This document shows positions 28,962 to 42,371 of a stretch of 64,000 nucleotides of DNA, piece by piece. Numbering within the stretch: the first letter of the stretch is position 1; each line of letters opens with the position of its first letter. The position numbers and the translations under genes are program-made. Source of the stretch: the human T2T-CHM13v2.0 reference genome, Homo sapiens. The stretch lies in the NCBI RefSeq assembly GCF_009914755.1, contig NC_060936.1, one strand, 5' to 3'. The notes under the pieces were generated by a model that was given only the letters and a program-made list of their open reading frames with translations, had not been told where the DNA came from and ran no database searches.

Positions 28962-31900
28962 AAAAATCTTTTTATCCTAACACTTGTAAGTACTGATGCC
29001 CCAGGAATAGGGCCTGTGAGGACACAGATTATGAATGCTAACAGACATAGAAGTAAAACTCTCCCTTCCTATGCTTTAAAACATCCCTAAAACTCACCAC
29101 CACTGTCTTGCTCAGTGCGGGCTTGGTAACTAACAGCTTCATGGGAAGATTTCCTTTTGCCTTTGAAAAGTGCTCTCCCAGTGGCTTTGAGAAATAGCTG
29201 ATTCCTCTCCCACAGGCCAGCGGTTCCCTTTTCCCACAGGAAGCCCGCAGCAGCAGCAGGTGGGAAGCCAGGGAACTTTTGAAAGCTGATTCTGTTTGTG
29301 CTTTACCTATCGCTCCCTTTGAAGGTACTGTGGAAAAGAGAGCCCATAATGGAGGTTCTAACAACTCTCCAGTTAGTTTTAAAAATGATTCAGCCTATGA
29401 AATTGTTTCCAGGCCACAGGGCTTTTCCCAGCTCTTCCTAAACTGTGAGCTCAAAGCAAGGACAGCAAAGGACAGAGCTCAGACAATGCTCCCAGTCTGT
29501 TTCTGGGAATGTGCTGTCTCCTCTTAGGCAGAACAGTTTACTCGGAACCTGTACTAATCTTCAGGGCTGGTTTATTAGCATGCACCCTAAGGCCTTTCAC
29601 CTGGCAGCCAGAAGGGCATTTAGTATCAATACAGCATCCCCCATTTAGGTGTTTAATATGATATCCAAATGAACTTCTAGCCAGCCAGAACTATGGGGAT
29701 CCAAGGACAAGACCAAAAGATGTTTATATATCATTAAACTGGTGACCCAGTAACAAACCACACCATCCAAAGAGGGTGAGTGTGTGTGTGTGTGCGCACA
29801 CACAGAATTATACAAATTTCACGTGAATAGCACAATCATATTACACTGTATTTTGGAGGGCTTCAAGGTATTCAATTGTTTAATGCTGATGTATAAATCA
29901 TCTCACAACTTTTGTAACCTTGATTTGGCATTCTTCATACACACACAATACACACACACACATACACACATACACACATACATATATATGTGTAGTATGC
30001 TTGCAGCCCAGAAACTGAGAGTGACCTAGGACTGCTTTTTATGTTTAAGAGGCCTGGTTGTGCAGCAAAAATCACAGCAAGTCTGAATTATGCTGACTAT
30101 AAACTAAGAATACAAGGTACCCAATATGGCAAGTACAAGGGTATTTACGGCAACAAGAAGGCACATTAATCAAAGTGGGAACTGTTTTGGAAATTTAGAT
30201 GGAACGCTGTCATAACTATAGATGTTTGGAAATTTCTTCTGGAAAGTGAAGCTCACTCTAACACCAGGGAGACTTCTCATCATCCCCCTTTTCCTCAGCA
30301 TTGGTAGGTCATTTTAATCTCTTAAAAATCACGTCATTTTGCATTCATCCATTTCTCATTTCACAGTGCCTACTATGCACCAGATACAGTGGATGTAAAA
30401 GCAACTTGTACGTTGTTTGGTTCTATTAAACATTAATGATTATTATTAAGAGTTTAGTACAGACTTCATCCAATGACAGCTATGGTATGGAGTTCTGCAA
30501 ATCTCAGAGACTAGATCTAGTAGTAACTTGAAATCGGGAGTGTCAATATTCTTAGGTGAACCTAATCAAACGTGAACAGGGAGGACTGCATCCCCGAGTT
30601 GAGGACTGCAGTGTTTGCTGCCTAAGTGCACGGGGCTGAGCGTTTGGCTCTGAGAGTTGTTTTGGAAATATTTGAATTGGCCTGAATTCTCACCTATGAG
30701 GCAAGACTGTGCACTCTTGATGTAGACTGTTTGCTGTGGTTGCAGTTGCCGACCCTGCTCCTCTCACTTTAAAAGATATGCTTGGAGAGGCTGTTCTCTC
30801 CTTGTGTGTGTGCCAAAGGGACACCTTCAGCAGCAAAGAATTTGAAAGCAAGTGTGTGTGTGTCTGGGGTGAGGGGAGAATGAGGTGGGGAAGAAACCCT
30901 ACTTCTCTGATCGAGATTCCAGGGAGGAGATAAAACGCCCTTTAAGAAAACAAGAAATTAGCCATTAGTTCTACAAAGATGCATTTCACCAAAGGAGGAA
31001 CTTCTCTTTGTTCAGGGGAAATACTTTTTTTTTAAAAAAAGGTCCTGATTCCAGTTGTTGCCCAAGTCAGTTCCTAATTACGACTGACTGTGGCATAGAC
31101 CTCTGTGAATCCCCTGAAGTGGTTAGTGAACTGAAACCCAACTTTTAAGAAGATTTGAGATCAAAAGTATAGTTTTATTAAGTCAACTTAAGATTACTGT
31201 TCTGGAAAAAGGCATATTGAGTCTGTGGATAAGAAATAATAATTACATACCTGAAGAACCAAAAGGAGAAGAAAAGGGGACTGGTTGATTTATCCCATTA
31301 CAGATGCAGTGTCTTCTAGCTAATCTTCATTTCTTTTCTTTTCTTATTTGGTCTGCTCTGCCCTCCATGGGGTTATTCACCAAAGAGTGAATTGTGTCAT
31401 GCACTGGGGTCTCATGAAAACTAGAGATAGAAAACCTAATCCTAAATTCTTCTCTTTGAAGAAAACACCTTTCTGAAAGGCTTCTCAGGAGATGCAGAGA
31501 GCTGTGGTTTTGAGTCTCTGTATCGGAGCCATTCCCCTTCTCCCTCCCACTCTCTAGCCTCCAAGTTTCTATGGTGATATTTCCTCTTCACAGTGATCAG
31601 TAGTAGTAGTAATAATAATAATAATAATAATGCAATGTTAACAGAAGAAGCAAGCAGTAATAACTCAGGGCTAAAGAAGTCTTCATACTAAATAATTTTA
31701 AACCTACAGAACAACTTCAGCTTTACCTCCTGAGATGCTATCTTGTAGCAGGACATTTTTTTTCTTTTTTAATTTTGCATGGTATAAAGTTACTAATTAT
31801 GTAAGTTGAGAATTAGACATATATCCAGTTTCCATTATCATCCTACAGAGAAACAGAACGCTGAATTCTAGTGCCAAATGTATCATTTAGAGTGCAACAT

Positions 31901-32114
31901 CAGTTCTTCAGAGAAAAGCATTATTTCTTGGGCTGGGGAAGAAGCAGTGAAAATCACAGTTTGCACGAACCATTTGATCACTGTCTAGGTTAAAATGGGT
32001 CATTCTCTACCTTTGCTGAGTTCACTTAGGAAAAAGAAAAGAAAAAGAAAATGGGTTTTCTCCTGGTTTTGTTATTGCTGTGATGTTCCTTTCTTTGCCA
32101 TGCTAATGGCTTCC

Positions 32115-32117
<3 letters not shown>

Positions 32118-32151
<34 letters not shown>
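32118..32151. repeat. (GT)17 microsatellite
   Basis: Direct reading. Confidence 0.95.
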
Positions 32152-32153
<2 letters not shown>

Positions 32154-33327
32154 CTATTAATTCACTCACTTGCACTTTGTGTCTGTAGCATGCTTGTCTA
32201 ATCTGTGTCTACCTCAGAGACCTTAGGGCCAAGGCTATCACCTATAGCTCTATGGACAGTGCCCTGCACAACCCCACTGTAACAGGGCAGTGAATCCTTG
32301 AATGAAAGTCTATACCACTGCCAAGTTTAATACGGCCTCTAACATAAAAGAAAAAAAAGCCATCCTCTTTCTCTTGTGCAAGGAAATAGGTTAGATTAAG
32401 CAAGAACAAAGTCTTAGATAAGATGGAAGGGGGTCTATTGAGGAAGTGGCGATGTTTTTATCTTTGGTGGTCAGTGGGATTTTAACAAAGAATCAAAGTA
32501 GTGCTGCCTGGCCTTAGGTAGATGAGGTAGTTTTATAGCCTGAGCACAGGTCTGGGAGTATCCAAAGACCTCAAGGCAGCTAGGGAGTACTGGGGCCTGA
32601 GCAGGAGGTAGCCCTCCCTGCCCTGGGTCACCCTAGCTCTACTTTTCTCTTTGGTTGGAAACCCTTTGGTTCTAGCAATGCCACGGCCATCTCTCAGAGT
32701 GAGTGTGGCCAGGAGAACCAAAGAAACTTATCCTCTTCATTTGCTTTGCATTTTCTGCATTTCCGATTTTCCCAGACTTTTAATATATTGAATCATGCAA
32801 CCTTATGCATTCTGCTAGAACTTTTAGGTAGTAGCAGAGGTTCTAATTTGATTCTATTTTAATTGTTTTGGGGGTTGTGCCCAGACATGGACATTTTTAT
32901 AAAGCTCTCAGTTGAGCTTACCATTTCTCGAGAGTGGAGAAAGGCTAGGATGAAGCCAGTGAGTGAGCTAGGGTTTAAATCCAGACTGCCAGGCTGGGGC
33001 TCTTGACTATCTACTTGCCCATTCTGCATTCTTGCCCATTCTGTATTACCAGTGCACTCCTTCCAGCCCTTCATTCATCCCAATTCTTTACAAAACTCCA
33101 TTGGACATCTTTCAGTATGGCCACTCTTAAAGTTGGAGACCCCTCTTGGCAACTAGAACAATATGTATGGGAAGGGGCAGATTGTTTGGCTGGGCTAATT
33201 GCCTTCATGTGACCTAGTGCTCCTTCTTATGGGACAGGCAAGCCAGTCTGCCCCCTCCCCAGGACCTCCATTTTAGTGGGTGCTATCAGACCAATCCTTG
33301 CCTTTGAGAGTACTGTGAGGTCTGTAC

Positions 33328-33483
33328 CTAGACTTAGGATGATTGAAACATTGTCTGAATGCAATCCGAATGCCTTTATGGAATGCTAGATTCCAACTAT
33401 GCATCCAAGCTGGCAGAGGAACAGATGGCAGCTTGTCGCTCAATCTGGACTTATAGGAAAAATTATCAGAGAATGCAGTTTTG
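33328..33483 (-). CDS. Putative ORF exon C (NKTAFSDNFSYKSRLSDKLPSVPLPAWMHSWNLAFHKGIRIAFRQCFNHPKS)
   Basis: Acceptor tttctgctgttgctcatctcactag| and a weaker donor TAG|GTACAG. 156 nt, symmetric phase 2. Confidence 0.35.
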
Positions 33484-33660
33484 CTAGTGAGATGAGCAAC
33501 AGCAGAAATTGCACTAAGTGAAGCAATTTGAAGGTTGGGGATTAGTAGGTCTGTGTCTTTTGACTAGACTGCTATAGTTTAATAACTGAGAAGTATACAC
33601 TGGGTTATGTATTGAGATTCATGTATGTTTCTCAGACATGAATTCATGTATGAGAAATCC

Positions 33661-34083
33661 TGCTATGGTTTGAATGTCCCCTCCGAAACTCATGTTGAAA
33701 CTTTATCTCCAGTGTGGCAGTATTGAGGGATGGGGCCTTTAAGAGGTGTTTGGGTCATGAGGGCTTGCCCTCATGAATAGATTAATCTATTCATCGTTGG
33801 ATTAATGGGTTAAAGGATTAATGAATTATCACAGGTGTGGAACTGCTGGCTTTATAAGAGGAAGTGAAACCTGAGCCGGCATGCTGAGCAACCTTGCTAT
33901 GTGGTTCCCTGTTCTGTCTGGGGATGCTGCAGAGAGGCCCCACCAGCAAGTCCCCATCTCACCAGATGTGTCCCTGTGACCTTGGACTTCTCAGCCTTCA
34001 TTACTTAAGAAGTAAATTTTTTTTTTTAAATAAACTACCCAGTTTTAGGCATTCTGTTATAAGCAATGGAACATGGACTAAGA
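33661..34083 (+). mobile_element. MaLR solo LTR (MSTC/MSTD-like)
   Basis: TGCTATGGTTTGAATGTCCCCTCCGAAACTCATGTTGAAAC...GTTATAAGCAATGGAACATGGACTAAGA. Confidence 0.85.
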
Positions 34084-34340
34084 TCCCACCAGATTAGAAC
34101 ATGTATGATCAGTGCGGGGAGGCTCCGGAGGCCTTTGCTTTAGCCCAGCACCATGAATGGCTGTCTGTGGACTTCCACTGGCTCTGCTCCATCTGCATGC
34201 TCTGTCAGAGATAATGAAATCAGACAGGCCCACAGAGACTGCTTTCCCCTCCTCACAAATTTTTAATAAAACTCTTTGAACAACAGAGCTGGGCATCTCT
34301 GAAGCCTGAAATTGAAGCGATAAGATAGAAGATTACTCAC

Positions 34341-34525
34341 TTGTCAGTCTGCACCAAACTCTGCATCACCAATACAAATTCCAGGGGAGTTTCAAATCTG
34401 CCGACAATTTGAGGCTCTCCATCTGGAGTCTTTTCTTTTTTTCTTTTCATAGGAAGAAAACACAGCACTAAGGAAGAGAAAAGAGACACTTCATTCTCTG
34501 CCACGAACAACATGTGAATCAAGCC
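34341..34525 (-). CDS. Putative ORF exon B (GLIHMLFVAENEVSLFSSLVLCFLPMKRKKEKTPDGEPQIVGRFETPLEFVLVMQSLVQTD)
   Basis: Acceptor cctgtttcag| and donor CAA|GTGAGT. 185 nt, open throughout. Confidence 0.4.
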
Positions 34526-35318
34526 CTGAAACAGGTTTTCACAAAAAAGTAATTTTTGGAGAGAATTGCCTTTGAGTAAGTAAGTGTCCTGGATTCAGAC
34601 TTCCTGAGAGAAAATGTAATCACAGCTGTTTGGTCAACACCACCCATCCACGTGCCTTTCAGGAGAAATCACCACTGCAGGGGTCCAGCCTTGCTGGGTT
34701 CCCCTGTTCACATGAACCTTGATGCCCACGGTCTACCTGGTGCTGGTGAACCAGCACACAGCACACCTGGCCTCATGGAGCTGGTATTCTGGGTGCAAGA
34801 CCAACAATCAACAAACACATAAGCACCGTCATGTAATGTTAGGTGGTGCCAAGTGCCTGGTGAAAACAATGAAACACATCATGGGGCAGTGGATTATGGT
34901 GGAGGACCAAGGATGGGAGAGGGTGAAATATTTTAGATAGAGTTGTTCAGGAAAGGCCTCTCAGTTCCAGGTTATAAATTAAGTATCTATGTAGGCTGGC
35001 CCTTTTTACAAAGCAAAAATCTTGCCATTAATTCTGCAAATAAAATTATTCAGTTTTCAAAAAAAGAAAATTTACTAGCCCTAGCTGAAATTTAAGAAAG
35101 AATTTATAGTTCTCTCTTTTCCCCACCCTCAACCCTTTCTTTCCTTCTTTCCTCTCTCCTCTTCTTCCCCTTTCTCCTCTTCTCTCTCTCTTTTGTCTAA
35201 GTACCAGTGTCTTGCCTTAACTACCTTCTTATAGCCGGGGAAAAGCAAATGCACAATGTCTCTATTCCTTTATAAATGGTTATTTGGGAAATATTTGTAG
35301 GGTCCTAAACTCTCTTAA

Positions 35319-36007
35319 TGAGAGAGGAGAAAGTAAGAAACCAGTCAGGCAGGCAGTTAGGGTGAGTCCCTGGTAAAAATTCATTCAAACAAAGAACAGC
35401 CTGAAAATCAAACTGCGGGCCCCAGATAAGAAAGAGACTGCATCCTTGAATGGAAACACTTACTCGGTAAACCCAGATGAACAAATTCTACCCCTATTTG
35501 GACATGTTTCTCTCTCCTTGGCATGCCTTAGTCACTTATTTTCACCTACTGGTTTCTTACTTTTCACCTGTTTTACATATGCCTACCTTTCTGTAATTGG
35601 CAGTGGGCTAAGTCTTCATTTACATAGGTTGAGTCATCACTTCAGCCTCTGATTGGTCCCAGGCCAAGGTCCCAAGCCAAACCTTCGCCTTTGCCTCCAA
35701 TTGGTTCTTTACACTATGATACCTCTTTCTAAGTGGTGCTTTCTCCAAAACAGCCTGCAGACCAGTCAGCACATTCCTCCCCTTCCCAGTCCATTCATAC
35801 CCTGGACTCAGCCTCATAGTTGGCAACCCTGTTTTGGGCCCTCTCTCCTTGGTTGGGAGCTTTCTTCTTTTGCTTATTAAACATTCATTCCAACCTCACC
35901 CTTTGTGTCCACGCTCCTTAATTTTCTTGGTCACGAGGCAAAGAACCCTGGGATACCTGAAACAACAAGAGACTGCTACATTGTGGTGCATTCGCAAGAC
36001 TGTAACA
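35319..36007 (+). mobile_element. ERV1 (MER4-group; MER73/MER87-like) solo LTR
   Basis: TG...CA termini with 4-bp TSD TTAA (35315-35318, 36008-36011). ATTGG boxes and ATTAAA near 35876. Subfamily uncertain. Confidence 0.75.
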
Positions 36008-36324
36008 TTAACACTACTCAGAAAACTTGCTACAACTAACTTCTGCTGTTTTGTTTTATCTTTCTGGGTTCCTAGTAATGTAGATTTTATAATGGATATC
36101 TGGAGCTCTGGCCCAGACTTCTGTTATGCCTATAGAAAGATCATGGACCCCTGCTGAAAACAATGAGAAAACGACAAACTCCGAATCTGACCTCTGTACT
36201 AATGTCATGTTATTTTCCACATGAAGGCATTGCATTTAAATAAGGTACCAATGGTATACTGTAGCCATTTGCCTTAGATTACAATTGTAGTCTTTTTGTG
36301 TGTGTGACAAGTTATCTAGGACTA

Positions 36325-36770
36325 TATGAGTCAGTGTTCTGGCAGAAAAAAACAGTTCAACTCCAGAGGTTTGAGTGAAGCAAATGTAAGAGGGGCTATT
36401 GTGAAAGGTGTGAGTAGGGTGAAGGGAGATGGTGAGGCAACCAGAGATTAGCAAGAGCAGAAAACCATTATCACCTGCAGAGCTGAAAGGTAGGGGAATG
36501 GTGTTCCCAGAGCCCACTGAGAACTAGAGGCCTGGAGAGAGTGGCCTGAGAAGATGCTGCCTTGTCAGAGCTTAGCAGTGAAAGTAGAGGGCAGAGCAGA
36601 GGAAAATACCCATATCTGTCTTTCCTCCCACTCTCTAGTCGCAATTCCAATAGAAAGCCAATGGTCCAGTAGCCTAGACAGTGTGTAGGAGTTAGCCGCC
36701 TCTGCGGTACAGAACAGGACAGAAAAAGGCAGAGAAGGGCATCTGAGGAGAGCAAACGCAAATCCAGACC
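36325..36770. mobile_element. Possible old ERVL LTR fragment
   Basis: GAGTCAGTGTTCTGGCAGAAAA...GAGGGGCTATT. Weak recall-based similarity. Confidence 0.35.
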
Positions 36771-36794
36771 CCAGCAACCACAGGGAACACTCAC

Positions 36795-36830
36795 TTGCTC
36801 ATTATACACTTTGTCTCTGTGCATATCCAT
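36795..36830 (-). CDS. Putative ORF exon A, coding part MDMHRDKVYNEQ (exon probably 36795-36919)
   Basis: ATG at 36830 (ctcATGg). Donor CAA|GTGAGT, phase 0. Candidate acceptor actttgatcag| at 36921-36920. Confidence 0.35.
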
Positions 36831-38337
36831 GAGCGCTTCTTCAACCACTGATCCGTCTTTTCTTCTTTCTGTTGTAATAGCCAAATATCGAGCAACGTCA
36901 CACTTGGTAAATGGTCTCCCTGATCAAAGTGCTAAGGTGACCTAATTAAATCAATGGCTTTTAATTTCATCTGTTTCAGCAATTGGCCTGTGAAGGCCTG
37001 ATCTGACCATGTGTCCTGCTTATGGTCTCTTCCCTCCCCAAGGGCCTCTTTTGTACTTTAAGATAAAAGATAATTTCAAAGGAGTTTAATTATTTTCTTT
37101 CTAAGTAAACTCAAAAGAACTTCCTCTTCTATTCCATTTTTAGGGCCCGTCTATAATTTTCTTATTCCCGCTAATAGTTTCTTTCATAAAGAAATATAGG
37201 TCTTGAAAGTCGTTGTAAGGTCATTTTCCTGTAGTAGAGATGGTAAAGATGAAAGCACAGCTGTCTGGGGCCCCTCACAGTCTTATTCTTACTGAGGCTT
37301 TCCCAATGACTGCATTTTCTGGCTCTGGCTACAATTATTTCATGAGTTACATTACAAACCATTGCAGTTCCTTTCTTAGCTGAAATAGTTTCCTTGGCCT
37401 TTGCTGAGAGTTTCTTTTCTTCCCCCATGAAGAAAGAACAGCTCTTGAGAACTTTGCCAAATGCACACATTCACACAAACCCACCCATTAAATCTGTGTT
37501 TAAAACACAAAATTGTTCTGCTGATGTTTGTTGTGAAAAATGGTCATTGTCTACATCTTCACCCACTTTTGAAGAAACTGATCTCTCTGCTGTTTCCTAG
37601 AAGAATTCTTTCCTTTGTTGTGCTCTATGTGTGAACAGAGAGAAACAACCTTTAAAGTGATATTGATCCCCTGGCTTTACCAACTCAAAGCCCTACAAAG
37701 GGCATGTCAGCTCATCTTGGAGCTGAATAGCATTACTAATTAAACTCAAGATTTATGCTTCTGTTCATCAGAGAGTACTTCATAAGCACCTCCACCTAAC
37801 CCGCTCTGTAGCCTGAGACTAAGGAGGGCATGCATGAAAGAAACCTCATGAATATTAAGTGATGCTTTATTGAGACCCTTGAGGCCTTGCCAATGGCATG
37901 GGAAGCATGTCATTCTTCATTTGTAGCTCTTGAACATTTAGGTGGTCAATCCTGCAGAGAAAAATATCTACCCACAAAAATATATCTCAGCCCATTCCAA
38001 ATTAAATATTGTCAGCCCCCTCTCTCTTCACCCCCAAGTCACCAGAAGTTAAGTTAGACTCAGGAAGGTAAGAATTCAGTATAGATGTTTTCACTAAGTG
38101 CTAATGAGCTGTGGTATCAGAAGCTGTAAAAAAGCCATCAAGATATTAGCCAAAATCGGAGGGAAGAAAGTTCACCCAAAGCACAGCTGCTGAAATCATT
38201 ATATTCTTCAGGTACCATTTTACAAACAGTCTATTCCCAGGCCTGATGTCTGAAATAGGGAGTTTGCTTGTCTTTACCAGTTTAGTTTCCTAGGCCTGGA
38301 ATATGATACCAAGATCAGGGTAACAGGTCTTCCGTAT

Positions 38338-38749
38338 TAGGGCTCTCCAACCCCCCGGGCTACAGACTAATACTGGCCCCTGGCCTGCTAGGAACCGGGT
38401 CACCCAACAGGAGGTGAGCAGCAGGCAAGTGAGCATTACCACCTGAGCTCCACCTCTTGTCAGATCAGCAGGGGCATCAGATTCTCAGGAGCACAAACCC
38501 TATTGTGAACTGGACATGTGAGGGATCTAGGTCGCGTGCTCCTTATGAGAATCTAATGGCCGGTATGATCTGAGATGGAACAGTTCCATCCTGAAACCAT
38601 CCCTCCCTCTACCCCCATTTCACCGTCACTTTCCCTCACCCTCCTCAACTATCACACCCTCCCCCACCGCCGCCACCCCCCACCCTGTCTATGGAAAAAT
38701 TGTCTTCCATGACACCAGTCCCTGGTGCCAAAAAGTTTGGTGACTGCTG
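38338..38749 (+). mobile_element. MER1B (hAT-Charlie) with C-rich internal expansion
   Basis: GGGCTCTCCAACCCCCCGGGC...GTCAGATCAGCAG..GCATCAGATTCTCA...CCTGGTGCCAAAAAGTTTGGTGACTGCTG. Confidence 0.85.
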
Positions 38750-39094
38750 TCCTGTATAACCTGGTGGGTCAGTTCATGTACCTAGGTTGGCTGTAGGAGC
38801 TATTTACTTTCCTGGATATAATCAGAGAGAAAGACACTTACTAGCTGCTGACCCAGAGGGAGAAGAAAGGAGCATTTCTACCTGGGATTCTGTGATACAG
38901 GTTAACTTCCGAAACGACTCAGTTCCTGATGATGCAGAATTTTCAAACTTTAAGAGGCTAAACTTGGAAGAGCCTCTTGAGTGGCTAAGATGATATGCAG
39001 GTGCGCCACAGTTTTCTGGGTGTCTACATGGTCATCGCATTGGTGATAAAGCTATGGTTATTAATAATTAGAGCACAATTTAGAAATTGTTGAC

Positions 39095-39615
39095 ATTAAA
39101 CCTGGAATTCAGATCACATTCCTTCTCTGCTAAAATCTCTTCCATGCCTTCCCACTGAAATTAGAATTAAAATGTCAACTTTTTTGTGGCCTTGTCTGGT
39201 CTCTCCCTACTGACCAACCTTATCTCTCTCCTCCTTCCCCTTGTTTTGCCAAAGACTCAAGCCCTGCACTGATATTGCTTCTGGTCCTAATCCTAAACTG
39301 GCTCTTATGTCAGGACCTTTGTACTTCCAGGCCTGTCTTAACTCAAAATGTACTATTCTCAGAGAGGTCTTTCTCTTCAGACTGTACTTTCTAAAATAAT
39401 GCCCCTGTGGCAGGTATTCTCTTACTCATCATATCACCCTATTTATTCCCTTCATAGTAATGATGAAAATCAGTATTTATTTTTACTTTTTATTTATCTG
39501 TTTACTCCACTAAGAGCTCCAATGAGTAGGAACTCTTTAGTCATTACATTATCTCTATCAGCTAACAATAAAGAACGACATGGAGCAGAACTCAAAATAT
39601 AATTGTTGAATGAAG
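39095..39615 (+). mobile_element. L2 LINE 3' fragment
   Basis: TCAGATCACATTCCTTCTCTGCTAAAATCTCTTCCATG...TTGTTGAATGAA. Confidence 0.6.
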
Positions 39616-39991
39616 TAAAGAAACCTTATTTGTTAATATTAATTTTTAATATAAACCATTTACAAATATGAACATGCTAGGTTCATGGTCCACATTTTTT
39701 AAAGGATCTGGTACTCCTGACATGCAAAGCTCCAAAGCAGTACCAACCTTCGCTATAGATATGTTCCCCAACCCTGTATGGGGTAGGGAAGGCTGGCTAA
39801 AGTTCGGTTGTAGCTTTGAGGTTATGATTTAGTGACATTAACTGTAACCACCGAAAGTACTTGAGGGAAGTATCTCTTAACCTCTTTTTAAATTTTTCAT
39901 TTGAGCTACAAATATGGGTATTGAAAGAAGTTTTGACAAAGCTTTTTTTTTATCTATGCTTTATTGAAAATAAATAGTCTTTTTAAAAATG

Positions 39992-40153
39992 TTTTATTTT
40001 TTAAGAGACAGAGTCTCACACAGTCACCCAGGCTGGAGTGTGATGGTACAAAATCATAGATCACTGCAAACTTGAACTCCTGGACTCAAGGGATCCTCCT
40101 GCCTAGGTCTCCCAAAGTGCTAGGATTACAGGAGTAAGCCACCACGTCCAGCC
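39992..40153 (-). mobile_element. Alu monomer (FLAM_C/AluJ hybrid arm)
   Basis: About 160-bp single-arm Alu. Confidence 0.8.
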
Positions 40154-41647
40154 TGAAGTAATGCTGTTAACTGCCTCTTGGTGTTTGTTTTCTGCCAATT
40201 GCATGCCATTTTTTCCTTTTGTAATAGTGTCTATTAGATAGTACAAGACGAGATCTATTAATTTCTATGCTTTTCTTCCTTCCTCATATTTCCTGATACT
40301 CTTTGTAGTTGCTAGAGGCTTCCACATTGATACAAGAAGAATTGGGATTGCTGTATCTAAAACTATAAGGGAAATAAATGGCTAATTACAGGTTTGTTTC
40401 TTTATTTACTTGTAGGGTCCATTCGGATTAAAAGTAAAGGCTTTGAGAGGAACTAAGTGTCCCACTTGTGAATTTATGCAACAACAAAGGTGAAGAAGAA
40501 AACCGTGTGTGTTATGGGGGAGGGGGGAAGTAGGGTAGAAGATCTTGCCCACCCTACCTCTTGGAAAACAGAAAGACTTAGGTGGGAGGTGCCCTTGAAG
40601 GGCCAGATCTGGGTTACTAGGAGGGGAGAAAAGAATGCAGAGGTGACAGAGCATGGCCAGTGGCCAAGAGCCACATGGAAGCCAAGCCAAAGCTGCAGGT
40701 GGCCGTCTTTCTTTCTTTTTTCATTACCCAAGCAAAGAGACTTTGAGGCAGTTCTCACCTGTGCCAGGACGGAGGCTTTCTTCCACAGCTGCCTGGGGTT
40801 CAGCCCTCAGCAGAAGAACACCTGTCTGCAACCTGAGACTCCGCAGAGCTCCCATCTACCTGTCCCGCTCAAAAACCACCCTGGTTTTTGAGTGGGACAA
40901 AAGGTGGGGTCCTTGGCCACCCAAGAGAGGCAGTAGTAAGTGGAACAGACACAAACCTGGGCGGGGCTGGATAGCAGAGAAATTCACTGCATGTGCCCAA
41001 CCATTTTTCATTAGGAATAGGATGATATCCAGCAGTTTAGGTCATGCTTTTTGTTACAAATAAGCCCTACCACTGCCACTTCTAATTTAGAATTACCTCT
41101 AATGTGCTTCTTGGGATTCTGGCCTTGATAAAAATGTAGAAAACCATTTTTCTAACACAGGACTTCAGAAGGCAAATAATCACAGCCTTGTTGGCCTGCA
41201 GTGAGGAGTGGGACCAGACCCACCTTCAAGAGCACCCACATTTGAACCCTTGAGGGAATAAATACTTGATGCTCTTTACAAAAATCCTTACCCTTTCCAT
41301 CTTCCATTCATATAACCCCTCTACCAAATTATGGACACCCGTGAAACGCTGAGAAGCAGCAGCAAAAATCTGTGCACTGAGCAACAGTATCTTGAAACTT
41401 AACTTCATTTTATTATACATCACTCTGTCTCAGAAAGGAACTCACCAGTTCTAACAGTCCTCTTATTGGGAAGCCGGCACAGAGATTTCTCTTTTCTCCA
41501 GAGGAAGGAAGAGGATTTTAGTATTTCACTCTAACACTTGAGTGAGTTATTAGGGAAATTCATTGCCTAACTGCTGGCTGCTGCTTCCTTATTATTTCTT
41601 CCAGAACCTTTAGCCTCTGATCAGCACTCTGAAATATAGACTGGTCC

Positions 41648-42346
41648 TGAAACTGCCTTTGCAAAAATTATAACTGAGACAATAATTACAGTGACAAAGA
41701 TCTGACCTAACCGACTCCATCTTGCTTCTAACCTCTGAGCTGTCCTTGTTCATACCTGGGTGTAGGCTGAACTAACTTTGGGAGTAGCTTAGTTTATAGT
41801 TTAGCGTGGAAACAAAGACAATCACAACCCTTTCTCAAAACAAACCCCCTTCCTGCCTGGGGACTAGACTGCCTTTTTAGGACTAACAAATTAGCTACAA
41901 GATTAGAAATTATGATTTAGGAGTCATGTAGCTGGAGGCTGCAAGATTCTCAACCTCCCAAATTGCTCCTAGGGATAGCATCACTATTGTAAAACCTAAG
42001 AACAGTGCTTGAGATATTTTGCAGAACCTGCACTCGATGGATCAGCTGGCACCACCTAGATCTATAAACTAGCTCATCTGGTCTTGTGGACTCCAACCAG
42101 GAACTGACTCAGAGCAAGAGGACAGCTTCGACTTCCTATGATTTCATCTCTGACCTGATGAATCAGCAATCCCCACTTTCTGACCCCCTACCTACTAAAT
42201 TATCCTGATTTGAGGAATGATAAAACTCCTGTCTCCCATACAGCTGGCTCTGCATGAATTAAAGTCTTTCTCTGTTGCAATTCCCCTATCTTGATAAATC
42301 AGCTCCATCTAGGCAGCAGGCAAGGTTACCCCGTTGGGAGTTTACA
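41648..42346 (+). mobile_element. LTR8-family ERV1 solo LTR
   Basis: Begins TGAAACTGCCTTTGCAAAAATTATAACTGAG and ends TTTACA. 4-bp TSD GTCC (41644-41647, 42347-42350). ATTAAA near 42258. Confidence 0.88.
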
Positions 42347-42371
42347 GTCCCTGTCCTTGGGGTGGTGGGGT

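Noticed and set aside
40406-41063. Overlapping 94-136 aa ORFs in GC-richer unique sequence
   Set aside because: They occur on both strands, mostly with non-ATG starts and no recognisable motif. This is expected by chance, although a CAG|GTGAGA donor at 40759/40758 (-) could mark a non-coding exon.
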